From positions 1 to 32,931 of the forward strand of contig JAEOTG010000189.1 in the NCBI GenBank assembly GCA_016839985.1: 32,931 nt of DNA. The letters run 5' to 3'. This stretch comes from Candidatus Heimdallarchaeota archaeon (GTDB taxonomy: Archaea; Asgardarchaeota; Heimdallarchaeia; Heimdallarchaeales; Heimdallarchaeaceae). This document shows positions 1 through 7,684 of the stretch, piece after piece. The notes below the pieces were generated by a model that saw only the letters and a program-made list of their open reading frames with translations, ran no database searches and was not told where the DNA came from. The first letter of the stretch is position 1. Each line of letters opens with the position of its first letter. The position numbers and the translations under genes were made by a program.

Positions 1-253
1 AATTTTTTATTAAGAAAATGTTTTATGCTTTATTGTTGAATTATTTAACCTAAGATGAAAACCAAAAATGTCCTTCTAGCTAACCTTCCAAAAAACTGTA
101 TTGCTGATGAGAATTCCAATTGTATTGAATGTGAAATTGAAGGCGAACTAATATGTTTTGTAGATAAGAGATTTGCGAATAATTTTACTAATTTTTTATT
201 TTCAATCATGTCCCCCAAATTGTTTTAAAGTTATAAAAGATATAACAATCATC

Positions 254-1069
254 ATGGCGAAAACATTAGAGGATATTATAAACTCGCTTAGAAATCTTTG
301 TGATAAGGAAATTCATCAAAAAAAGGTTTTCGGGATAGAATTTGGTACAGATTCGCTTATTAAAATTCAATCAACAAATGTAAAGGGAATTGTTGTTTCT
401 CCTTTTGTAAACTTGAAGTTAACACACTTCATGAAAGATAATAAAGCAAATCTAGCAATAACTGTTCTACCTCTTTCTATTGTTAAAAATAAATTTCCTC
501 TTTCTGAAAGAGATTTTGAATTACTTCGTTCATTAGTATTGAATAATTTGAAAACAGCACGATTACCTGAAGAATGGTTATATATCTCAAAAGGTGCTTT
601 TCCGTATTTTCTTCAGACACTAGGTATAAGCAAGACTAGACAGGATATGATATCTCTTCATTCGGAAAAGAAAATTCCAAATTGGGTACTTTCTTCTATC
701 GCTATTGATGATTTTCTTAATTCCTTAAGTCATTTATGTAAAAAATGGATGACATATTCATACGCTCCAGAAAATGCTGAAATATCTTTAGTGCTGGAAA
801 AAAGATTCTTCACTCTAGATGAGATTAAATTACTTAAAGAAAATGGTGTTAATACTGTTCTCAGTTTTGCATTAGATTCAAGAAGTATTCCATTGTACAA
901 GGAGAATAAGATGAATATACTTTATTTACCATTTCTTGATTATTGTAATCTATCACTGAGAAAATTCTCTCAACTTTTGCAACTAGAGTCAGATGTCAAT
1001 TCATTATTTTACCCTCAAGAAACAGATAGTTGGCTATCATATAAAGAATTAAAAGATAAATCACTATAA
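254..1069 (+). CDS. hypothetical protein; possibly a degenerate NIF3/DUF34-like fold
   Basis: The track ORF 173..1069 starts at TTG. The first ATG (254) lies ~20 nt downstream of TTATAAAA (231-238), so I prefer 254. By-eye colinearity with the NIF3 family: LEDIINSL..., GIVVSP..., and LAITVLPLS where NIF3 has vivHHP. The metal-ligand His/Asp/Glu positions are not conserved. Coding is likely; function is unknown. Confidence 0.55.
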   Translation: MAKTLEDIINSLRNLCDKEIHQKKVFGIEFGTDSLIKIQSTNVKGIVVSPFVNLKLTHFMKDNKANLAITVLPLSIVKNKFPLSERDFELLRSLVLNNLKTARLPEEWLYISKGAFPYFLQTLGISKTRQDMISLHSEKKIPNWVLSSIAIDDFLNSLSHLCKKWMTYSYAPENAEISLVLEKRFFTLDEIKLLKENGVNTVLSFALDSRSIPLYKENKMNILYLPFLDYCNLSLRKFSQLLQLESDVNSLFYPQETDSWLSYKELKDKSL

Positions 1070-1100
1070 AGAGCTTACAAGTTAAAAACGGGGGAGCAAA

Positions 1101-2426
1101 ATGGAATCTCTCATACCTACACTTATCTTTGTATTAACAGAAATAGATGCTGGTAATTCAACGAGAATAACAATAAGATCAACTGTCTCTAATAAGAAAT
1201 TAACTAGAGACGATGAATCAACACTTTACTATTTAACATTTGAGATTCTAAGAATTATGAACGTTGTAGATCTTTATATAAAAATGAGTTCTTCTTCATT
1301 CTCACTTAAGAAGATAAATCCTAAAATGAGGTCTCTTCTTCGATTAGCAACATTTCTATTAAAGGTAGAAAAAAAACCCATTGAATATGTAAACGAAATT
1401 CTAGAACCATATTATCAACAAATTGAATCCTTACAGTTAAATACAATTTTGGAATCAATCCAAGCAATTACAGAAAATCTACTTTATGAGAATAAATTTG
1501 ATCTAGCTTCAAGATTTTCAATAAAATACTACACACCAACTTGGATAATTAGAAAATATCTCAGTAGATGGAATGAAAAATTTACAAAGGAATTACTTGT
1601 TTCATTTTTACAAAACCTTCCAATGTATGTAAGAGTAAACACGCTCAAAGCAGATTTCAAGCAAATAATTAGTGTATTCGAAGATAGAAATATAAGTTAT
1701 GAGTTGATTAATGAGATTCAAAATCTGATAAAGATTGTTTATAGTGAAACTCCTATACCTCGATTACCTGAATTTGATGAAGGAAAATTCGTAATACAAC
1801 AAAAAGCTTCAGCTTTAGTATCCCATGTTTTAGATCCAAAACCGGGTGAAAAAATCTTAGATATGTGTGCATCACCTGGAGGAAAAACTTCCCATATTGC
1901 AGCATTACTTGGAAGTGGTGAAAACATAGAAGCTATTGATATTAATGAAGATCGAATAAAGATTCTAGCTAAACGGTTAGAGCTCTTAGGTGTTAAATCA
2001 ACAAAGATTATAAAATCAGATTCAAGAACACTTTACAAAAAAACTCAAACTAAATTTGATAAAATCCTTCTTGATCCCCCTTGTTCAAGTTCAGGAACTT
2101 ATTCTTCTAGACCTGAAATGAAATGGAGGTTAAAACAACGAGATTTAAGATGGTATACAAAACTACAATCTGATTTACTTAATTCTGCTTCCAAACTTAT
2201 TGAATCTGAAGGGTGCATTGTGTATTCAACATGTTCATTATTTCAAGAAGAGAATCATGATATTATTTCATCATTTCTTAAAGAAAACACTAACTTCTCT
2301 TTAACTGAAGCAAATCCGATACTAGGCTTATCCTCGGAATTATTAGATAACAAAGCTCAAGAGTTATATCCACATTTACATGAAACAGAAGGTTTTTTCA
2401 TCGCAAAAATAAAAAAAGAGGATTAA
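1101..2426 (+). CDS. RNA (cytosine-C5)-methyltransferase, NOL1/NOP2/Sun (RsmB/Nop2/Trm4-like) family
   Basis: SAM-binding motif DMCASPGGKTSHIA, motif IV DPPCSSSGT (catalytic Pro-Cys), motif VI YSTCSL (second catalytic Cys), and an N-terminal ~200-aa helical RNA-binding-type extension. Confidence 0.9.
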   Translation: MESLIPTLIFVLTEIDAGNSTRITIRSTVSNKKLTRDDESTLYYLTFEILRIMNVVDLYIKMSSSSFSLKKINPKMRSLLRLATFLLKVEKKPIEYVNEILEPYYQQIESLQLNTILESIQAITENLLYENKFDLASRFSIKYYTPTWIIRKYLSRWNEKFTKELLVSFLQNLPMYVRVNTLKADFKQIISVFEDRNISYELINEIQNLIKIVYSETPIPRLPEFDEGKFVIQQKASALVSHVLDPKPGEKILDMCASPGGKTSHIAALLGSGENIEAIDINEDRIKILAKRLELLGVKSTKIIKSDSRTLYKKTQTKFDKILLDPPCSSSGTYSSRPEMKWRLKQRDLRWYTKLQSDLLNSASKLIESEGCIVYSTCSLFQEENHDIISSFLKENTNFSLTEANPILGLSSELLDNKAQELYPHLHETEGFFIAKIKKED

Positions 2427-2458
2427 GTTAATCCACATTTTGTTTTATGTTGTTGTTT

Positions 2459-3088
2459 TTAGTATATTTTATCTAATAAAGAGTCTATTTTTTTGATCAA
2501 TTCTGATTTTAGTTGATGTCTCGGTGGTTTTTCCATGTCTTTTGCACTTTGAACGCTTGTGTCAAAAAGTATTTTGTTTGCTAAAGTTTTTACAATCTCT
2601 TCTACATCATAGTGACTTTCTACATCATATGTACTTCTGCTATTATAATCTGTTTTTGTTTCTTTAGGAATCTCAATTGTTTCAACAATATCTTTACTCA
2701 TAGCGTTTGCAATGGGTTGAGTTAATGATCTAGTTTTTTCACCATAAATATAACTAGATTTTTGAGTAGGTACTTCAGACATTATCTTAATGTCTGTAGG
2801 TTTTTCTTCCAGTTTGTTAATTATGTACGATAATAATCGATCCTTATCTTCAGGTTCAATATTTATCACTTGATACTTTGAACCTTTTTTTGTCCTTAAA
2901 TTAGTTGCAGCTCTGCCTGCAGAATAAGCTAGAGAGCTTGATATACCAGTTTTTCTAAAAATGAAAATTTTTCTATCTTTTCTATCTATAATTAAGAATG
3001 CATCCCCTTCGTGCAAGAAACTTTCTTTTATTGGAGGTACTTCATGATAACTTCCATCCTTTTGTACAGAGAATATTCTTAGAACCAC
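2459..3088 (-). CDS. gelsolin/cofilin-fold domain protein: one N-terminal gelsolin-like domain plus a ~110-aa unknown C-terminal region
   Basis: Residues ~20-95, FLHEGDAFLIID...KIFIFRKTGISSSLAYSAGRAATNL...GSKYQVINIEPEDKDRLLSYI, follow the gelsolin-repeat pattern (F..GD.yil......iy.W.G..s...e...Aa....l......v....E....F..yf). GTG start at 3088 is preceded by GGGGTGA (SD-like) 6 nt upstream. Confidence 0.5.
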   Translation of the reverse strand: MVLRIFSVQKDGSYHEVPPIKESFLHEGDAFLIIDRKDRKIFIFRKTGISSSLAYSAGRAATNLRTKKGSKYQVINIEPEDKDRLLSYIINKLEEKPTDIKIMSEVPTQKSSYIYGEKTRSLTQPIANAMSKDIVETIEIPKETKTDYNSRSTYDVESHYDVEEIVKTLANKILFDTSVQSAKDMEKPPRHQLKSELIKKIDSLLDKIY

Positions 3089-3153
3089 TAAGTTTCACCC
3101 CATTTAAAATAATAGGACAACTTCATAAATAAGAATTTCCTTTTCCATCTAAA

Positions 3154-3882
3154 TTAAGAATCGTATATGGTAGGATCACTATTTTTTGCTTCTTGGAATG
3201 CTCTTTTTCTTCTTTGGCATGATTCACATTTACCACAGTGAATAGGTTTTCTGTCTTCAGACCAGTTTTTAACATTGTAACAAGATGAGGTAAAATCCAA
3301 AGATGCTTTTTTTTCAACTAAAAATGAAACAATATCTCTTTTTACAAAATCACTAAATGGAGATTTAATAGAAACTTCATTTATACAACCAAAAGATATT
3401 GCCTGATTCATTTTATTTACAAATTCTAGAGTATTGTCTGGAAAGGTCTCTCCTTCCTCTTTATTACCACCAAACACAATGTCAACGGGTTCCATGAAAC
3501 TATCTGCTAAGGATGCAGCTATTGATAAAAATAAGATATTTCTACCTGGTATCCAAACTTTCTTAGCAGTCTCTAATGTTAGGTCTTTATTGTTTAACTG
3601 ATTGATATCCTTAATTTCGGGTGGATCATCAAGCGTTTCAATAAGAGAAGATTTCGAATTCAAACCAAATTCTCCCAGAAATGGAAGAGAAATGATTTTT
3701 GATTCAATGGAGAGTAGAGACGAAAAATATTCGTTTGTTGATTGAATAATTTTATCCTCTTTGCTACTATAAATGAAACTCAAAAGAACTATATCACTGT
3801 ATCTTTGTTTTGCCCAATATAAACAAGCAGTTGAATCAATTCCACCTGAAAATAAAACAATTGCTGTTGTGATAACTAACAC
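3154..3882 (-). CDS. queC: 7-cyano-7-deazaguanine (preQ0) synthase QueC
   Basis: PP-loop VLFSGGIDST at the N-terminus. C-terminal Zn-binding Cys cluster SSCYN...HCGKCESCQRR typical of QueC. Last gene of the preQ0 operon. Start codon is GTG (3882). Confidence 0.9.
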   Translation of the reverse strand: MLVITTAIVLFSGGIDSTACLYWAKQRYSDIVLLSFIYSSKEDKIIQSTNEYFSSLLSIESKIISLPFLGEFGLNSKSSLIETLDDPPEIKDINQLNNKDLTLETAKKVWIPGRNILFLSIAASLADSFMEPVDIVFGGNKEEGETFPDNTLEFVNKMNQAISFGCINEVSIKSPFSDFVKRDIVSFLVEKKASLDFTSSCYNVKNWSEDRKPIHCGKCESCQRRKRAFQEAKNSDPTIYDS

Positions 3883-3928
3883 CTCATTTTTCTTATTTAT
3901 TTTGTATTATTGCTGTATTATATATATC

Positions 3929-4384
3929 CTAATTACCTGAATATATCACCTTACATGTTGGAGTTTCAGCAATTTCTATAGTAATTTTAAACTGTGGATA
4001 TTCTTCTTTAATTAAATCATGTATGTACTTTGATAGAAGCTCTACAGTTGTTGATTCTAATGGAAGAAGTTCGACATCTGCTTTGGGAAAACGATAACGT
4101 CTCCCATCGCATGTCGTAATGATTACTTGCTTCTCATCCATTTCTATATTGAGATCTTCACTTTTCTGAGGAAGAAGAATTTTGTGATCAAGTTTTACTA
4201 ATATTTCACCAACTTTCGATTTAAATATACTAAAATCAATTATCATATTGCTCTCGTCTAACTCCCCCTCAATTTCAACCTCTACTTGGTAATTGTGACC
4301 ATGAAGTCGAGCACATTTATCGTGTCTTGTTAACATATGAGCTGATGCTATAGTTAATTTATCTCCAGATATTCTCAATTTCAT
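3929..4384 (-). CDS. queD: 6-carboxy-5,6,7,8-tetrahydropterin synthase QueD (PTPS family)
   Basis: Catalytic/Zn motif CARLHGHNYQVEVEIEG, a size (151 aa) typical of the PTPS/QueD T-fold, and operon context with queC/queE/folE2. Confidence 0.9.
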   Translation of the reverse strand: MKLRISGDKLTIASAHMLTRHDKCARLHGHNYQVEVEIEGELDESNMIIDFSIFKSKVGEILVKLDHKILLPQKSEDLNIEMDEKQVIITTCDGRRYRFPKADVELLPLESTTVELLSKYIHDLIKEEYPQFKITIEIAETPTCKVIYSGN

Positions 4385-4393
4385 ATTCTTCCC

Positions 4394-5011
4394 CTATATA
4401 GATCTGGTTTTTACTATATCTTCTTTTACTTTATGAATTTCTTCAATGTATTGTTCAGCTATCTTTACAATCCAATCTTTAATTTGATTTTCTTGCATAC
4501 CGATTTCTAATAATCCTAATGCATCCACATGAGATGGGAAACCAGTATTTCCAACATTGATTCCAAAATGAATTTTTCCACTCGATGCTCCAATAGTTGC
4601 AATCCCAACATTAAGTTTCTTTCCTTCTATATAGATATCAGTACCAATTCTTTTTGTCTCTAATCCCTCTTCTTTTAAATTTTCAATGACAATTTGAATG
4701 AGAATTCTTAATCTATAATATTCTATTTCAAGATTAGGAGGTTGAGTATCGAATTCCTCTATAATAAAATGAATACTGTCATCTGAACTAATTAATATCT
4801 CATTCAGATGTGATTCTCTTAATATATCTTTGATGTCTATCATCTCATCAGGTGACAGCTTCATTCCACCTCTAAATATGAGAATACTATTACCTATGAT
4901 GTCATAATTGTTTGCAGTGAATTGGCTTGATAACTGTGATCCATTATAGATTATTGGATTATTAAAATCCTCAACTACAATTTTGTAAGTTTGTCTCTCA
5001 ATTATCTTCAT
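4394..5011 (-). CDS. uncharacterised protein embedded in the preQ0 operon; C-terminal half resembles the BPL/LplA/LipB (biotin/lipoate ligase) fold
   Basis: Segment RILIQIVIENLKEEGLETKRIGTDIYIEGKKLNVGIATIGASSGKIHFGINVGNTGF parallels by eye the LipB/LplA core (...L.E.GiE......DvYv..kKi.s.Gl.......HG.alNV..dl), including the invariant Lys. It may correspond to the archaeal DUF366/COG2029 family (from memory, unverified). Gaps to neighbours are 5 and 9 nt. Confidence 0.55.
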   Translation of the reverse strand: MKIIERQTYKIVVEDFNNPIIYNGSQLSSQFTANNYDIIGNSILIFRGGMKLSPDEMIDIKDILRESHLNEILISSDDSIHFIIEEFDTQPPNLEIEYYRLRILIQIVIENLKEEGLETKRIGTDIYIEGKKLNVGIATIGASSGKIHFGINVGNTGFPSHVDALGLLEIGMQENQIKDWIVKIAEQYIEEIHKVKEDIVKTRSI

Positions 5012-5016
5012 TTATT

Positions 5017-5964
5017 TCAACCTATCAATTGCTCTTTTAACTTCTTAAGTGTGGTTCGTACCTCTGCTACAGCATTGTGTTGATGAATACTCTCATAGTT
5101 TACTTGTTTAACTGAAATTATTGTATCATCGTGCTGATTCTTATATTTATCAGCCACTTTTTGTAATATTATCCTTACAACATCTTCAACAAATACAGGT
5201 CGAGAATGAGAATAGACAACTACAGCTTGTTCGTCTTTTCTCTTAAGCACCTCATGAACAGGTGAACTCATAGATGTTTCAATTATCTGAATAATGTCTT
5301 CGAGTTCGATTCTTTCAGCTTCTTTCGGTTGCTCAAATAATAGAATAGCTTTAGATCTTTGATTATGGGCAGCTAGTGGAACAACATCCACTATTCGATC
5401 AATCTGATACTCAGAGAATCCTTCTTTTACTAATTTCTCTTTAGCGAAATCTTTGGACAATTCTTGAGAACAAGGACAAACTGTTGTCCCTTCTACTTCT
5501 GCTCCTATAATTTTTGAAATCCTTATATTGTCTCCAATTTTCTCTGCATGTGCCCCCGCATGTAATTTATAAACACTAGTCTTATCTCTTGCTATTGCAT
5601 CAGAGTATGTTGTCATTTCATAGTCTGCAACTAAATTGACCTCTGCATAATTTGCACCAGGTTGTACCTCCATCACTTTTTTAGCTATTTGAACACATAA
5701 ATCCTCACTATCAGAGATTACTTCACTAGCTAGTTCAGCTATTACATCATTAATAGCTTCAATATTGCGAGACATATGTATGCCTCTTTTTGTCGATTGT
5801 AAGTCTACGTAAACATCTATTAATGCTGATAATTCATTGTAGCTTCCAAACCTTTTTCTCCTAATTATCTTAGGTATATCACATACTCCTACCCTTCTGA
5901 TTCCTATTTGTATCTTTGAATCATGAGACTGAATATCTGACAGTTTTTTACTATTCCATTCCAT
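5017..5964 (-). CDS. folE2: GTP cyclohydrolase, FolE2/MptA family (type IB / IV)
   Basis: Family motifs GIHMSR, TTVCPCSQE and AAHNQRS, ~315 aa, located between queE and queD. Confidence 0.85.
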   Translation of the reverse strand: MEWNSKKLSDIQSHDSKIQIGIRRVGVCDIPKIIRRKRFGSYNELSALIDVYVDLQSTKRGIHMSRNIEAINDVIAELASEVISDSEDLCVQIAKKVMEVQPGANYAEVNLVADYEMTTYSDAIARDKTSVYKLHAGAHAEKIGDNIRISKIIGAEVEGTTVCPCSQELSKDFAKEKLVKEGFSEYQIDRIVDVVPLAAHNQRSKAILLFEQPKEAERIELEDIIQIIETSMSSPVHEVLKRKDEQAVVVYSHSRPVFVEDVVRIILQKVADKYKNQHDDTIISVKQVNYESIHQHNAVAEVRTTLKKLKEQLIG

Positions 5965-5978
5965 GCTGTTTTCTCCAT

Positions 5979-6788
5979 TTATAATATGTTTATGAATTTG
6001 TGCATTTGCACTGAAATGCCGATTTTATCTGAAGGGAGATATTTTGCAGCTATTTCTGTAAATTCTTGAATTTGTCTCCAAGAAGGTTGAGATATTTTTG
6101 TATCCATTTTAGGCGTAACCAACTGAACAACTAAAGGGATGTTAATTTCACCACAAAGCTTTGCTATAATCTCGAAGTTCTCTTTTTTTGATGAACTAGT
6201 AATAACACTTTTGGCAAATATCTTTGTACCTGCTTCCTTTAAAATTTCACACATTTGAATCTCTTCTTTAACAAGCATTTCCCATTGAATTGAAGCATTT
6301 GCGCTTCTATCTTTGATATCAACACATGCAAAATCAATTTTGTTTGCTATTTTTTTAAGCAATTCTAACTTGTCAGTGTAAGCAGTTTCTAGAAAGATTT
6401 GATATTTGTTTTCTTTTAATCTCTCAATAACATCCTCTAGAAATTTCGGTTGATAGAGGGGTTCTCCTCCTGTAAGACTTATGGAATGTAGATCTTTAGT
6501 TTCAAGTTTTTTTACAATATCTAAAACCTCTTTTGAAGTTACAGGATTATTTTTTTCCTCAAATGACTGTTTTCCAGCTTGAATTTCTACTAAACATTTC
6601 TTTGGTTTTGCACTCCAAGCTAATGGAGAGTCACACCAAATACATCCATTTGTACCATGAATTCCAAGTGCAATTGGACAACCAGCAAATCGTAGAAAGA
6701 TTTGCCTTAAACCATAACAACTACCTTCTACTGCAGCTCCTTCTCCTTGGAAACTTGAGAATATCTCTTGAATGTAACCCTCTAACAT
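5979..6788 (-). CDS. queE: 7-carboxy-7-deazaguanine synthase QueE (radical SAM)
   Basis: N-terminal FSSFQGEG (QueE signature SxQGEG). Radical-SAM cluster loop FAGCPIALGIHGTNGCIWCDSP (C-x11-C-x2-C). SAM motif LTGGEPL. First gene of the preQ0 operon. Confidence 0.85.
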   Translation of the reverse strand: MLEGYIQEIFSSFQGEGAAVEGSCYGLRQIFLRFAGCPIALGIHGTNGCIWCDSPLAWSAKPKKCLVEIQAGKQSFEEKNNPVTSKEVLDIVKKLETKDLHSISLTGGEPLYQPKFLEDVIERLKENKYQIFLETAYTDKLELLKKIANKIDFACVDIKDRSANASIQWEMLVKEEIQMCEILKEAGTKIFAKSVITSSSKKENFEIIAKLCGEINIPLVVQLVTPKMDTKISQPSWRQIQEFTEIAAKYLPSDKIGISVQMHKFINIL

Positions 6789-6869
6789 TGAAGTTAGTAT
6801 CCCTTTTATATAAATAAGACTTACCTATGTAGTCCACAAAATTATAACAAAAAATTGAATTGTTGGTAA

Positions 6870-7337
6870 CTAGAGATCGTATCTGCCTATTTGATCAAAA
6901 GTAGCAAATTTCTCAATATATTCATTTACTTTTCTTGCATATTCTTTAGGATCTCTTTTCATCAAATTTGCTGCTGTTGAATTTAGCGGATCGTCAGGAT
7001 TTGGATTACTTAAAATGAACCTTATCGATTCTATAACATCAACAAGATTATTTGCTGGTGTCCAGTCAACACCTAAAACACCAACACATATTCGTGTATC
7101 AAAGACATTTGCATGAAATACTTTAGTTAGCATTTTTACTTTTGGAGGTTTAAATGGGTATTCTCTAGGAATTTCAATTTCTAAAACAAAAACCCCACCT
7201 TCATAAAGACCAGCACCAAAAATGAATCCTCGCCAAAACAAAGTATTATTATTCACTGGCTTAAATGTTGGCAATTCCCTCTTGAGTTCGTTAGCTTCAA
7301 TAGCTATCCTTGGCCAAAATTCCTCCTCTGATAACAT
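6870..7337 (-). CDS. ubiquitin-conjugating enzyme E2 (UBC fold), catalytic Cys present
   Basis: YEGGVFVLEIEIPREYPFKPPKVKMLTKVFHANVFDTRICVGVLGVDWTPANNLVDVIESIRFILSNPNPDDPLNSTAANL matches the UBC core (YPfkPPkv.f.tkifHPNi...G.ICldiL...WsPa.....vl.si..lL..PNpddPl). The HPN triad reads HAN. Confidence 0.85.
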   Translation of the reverse strand: MLSEEEFWPRIAIEANELKRELPTFKPVNNNTLFWRGFIFGAGLYEGGVFVLEIEIPREYPFKPPKVKMLTKVFHANVFDTRICVGVLGVDWTPANNLVDVIESIRFILSNPNPDDPLNSTAANLMKRDPKEYARKVNEYIEKFATFDQIGRYDL

Positions 7338-7375
7338 TATTTCCTAACCTTTTATTTTTGTTAAGGTTAATCTAG

Positions 7376-7540
7376 CTAAAAGCCTCCTGTTTTACCTTTT
7401 TGCATTTCTAGTAAAATCATTAAGATAGCTGCGATTAATCCCTTTTGATCACCTGCTATTCTCTTAAATTCTTCTCTCTCTAGCATCATGGCTAGAGATC
7501 GCCATCTTACTAATAATTCCACGATGTCTCTTTCGCTCAT
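7376..7540 (-). CDS. 54-aa micro-ORF upstream of E2 (MSERDIVELLVRWRSLAMMLEREEFKRIAGDQKGLIAAILMILLEMQKGKTGGF)
   Basis: Hand-translated; it is below the ORF-track size cutoff. ATG at 7540, TAG at 7376-7378. A TATA-like TTAATAAAT (7569-7577, minus) lies ~33 nt upstream of the ATG. It ends 38 nt before the E2 start, and E2 has no well-spaced TATA of its own. Coding status is unproven. Confidence 0.25.
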   Translation of the reverse strand: MSERDIVELLVRWRSLAMMLEREEFKRIAGDQKGLIAAILMILLEMQKGKTGGF

Positions 7541-7568
7541 TAGCCTTCATTTAAGAGTAATGAGTTGG

Positions 7569-7577
7569 ATTTATTAA
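7569..7577 (-). promoter_or_regulatory. TATA-like box (TTAATAAAT) for the micro-ORF/E2 transcription unit
   Basis: Centred ~33 nt upstream of ATG 7540. It lies in the 144-nt divergent intergenic region shared with the 7685 gene. Confidence 0.3.
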
Positions 7578-7647
7578 CCTTGTGTCTCTGTCCGTTGTAA
7601 GCCAGTGAATTGTTGTTTTAGCTTTGACCTTCCTATTCCAAAAATCT

Positions 7648-7655
7648 TTTTAAAT
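7648..7655 (+). promoter_or_regulatory. TATA-like box (TTTTAAAT) for the 7685..8371 gene
   Basis: Centred ~33 nt upstream of ATG 7685, which implies a short leader. Confidence 0.3.
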
Positions 7656-7684
7656 TTAATGTGTTCCTTAAGTTGTGAGTACTC

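Noticed and set aside
55-228. 57-aa ORF with four Cys (C-x7-C-x2-C-x7-C), MKTKNVLLANLPKNCIADENSNCIECEIEGELICF...
   Set aside because: It is short, sits at the window edge, has no recognisable promoter or SD, and the Cys spacing is not a standard zinc-ribbon. It could be the tail of nothing or a real micro-protein, so I do not call it.
173-253. N-terminal extensions implied by the ORF-track starts: TTG 173, and similarly GTG 10448 for radA, GTG 17720 for the PPC gene and ATG 30232 for the IDH-like gene
   Set aside because: In each case a downstream ATG has a better-placed TATA box or GGTG(A) Shine-Dalgarno-like motif. The extension either lies upstream of the predicted TSS or overlaps the preceding gene.
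1739-1927. 62-aa minus-strand ORF inside the m5C methyltransferase gene
   Set aside because: Antisense shadow ORF wholly inside a gene with strong motifs. Low-complexity sequence.
3123-3317. 64-aa minus-strand ORF overlapping the 3' end of queC
   Set aside because: Alternative frame of queC. It would destroy the conserved QueC C-terminal Cys cluster reading.
6533-6817. 94-aa plus-strand ORF antisense to queE
   Set aside because: Shadow ORF opposite a motif-supported radical-SAM gene.
7345-7369. 7-bp perfect inverted repeat TAACCTT-N11-AAGGTTA between the micro-ORF stop and the E2 start; on the mRNA it would pair the AGGT just upstream of the E2 ATG
   Set aside because: It is short and AT-rich, so easily expected by chance in this genome, and there is no supporting covariation. 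I note it only as a possible translational hairpin.
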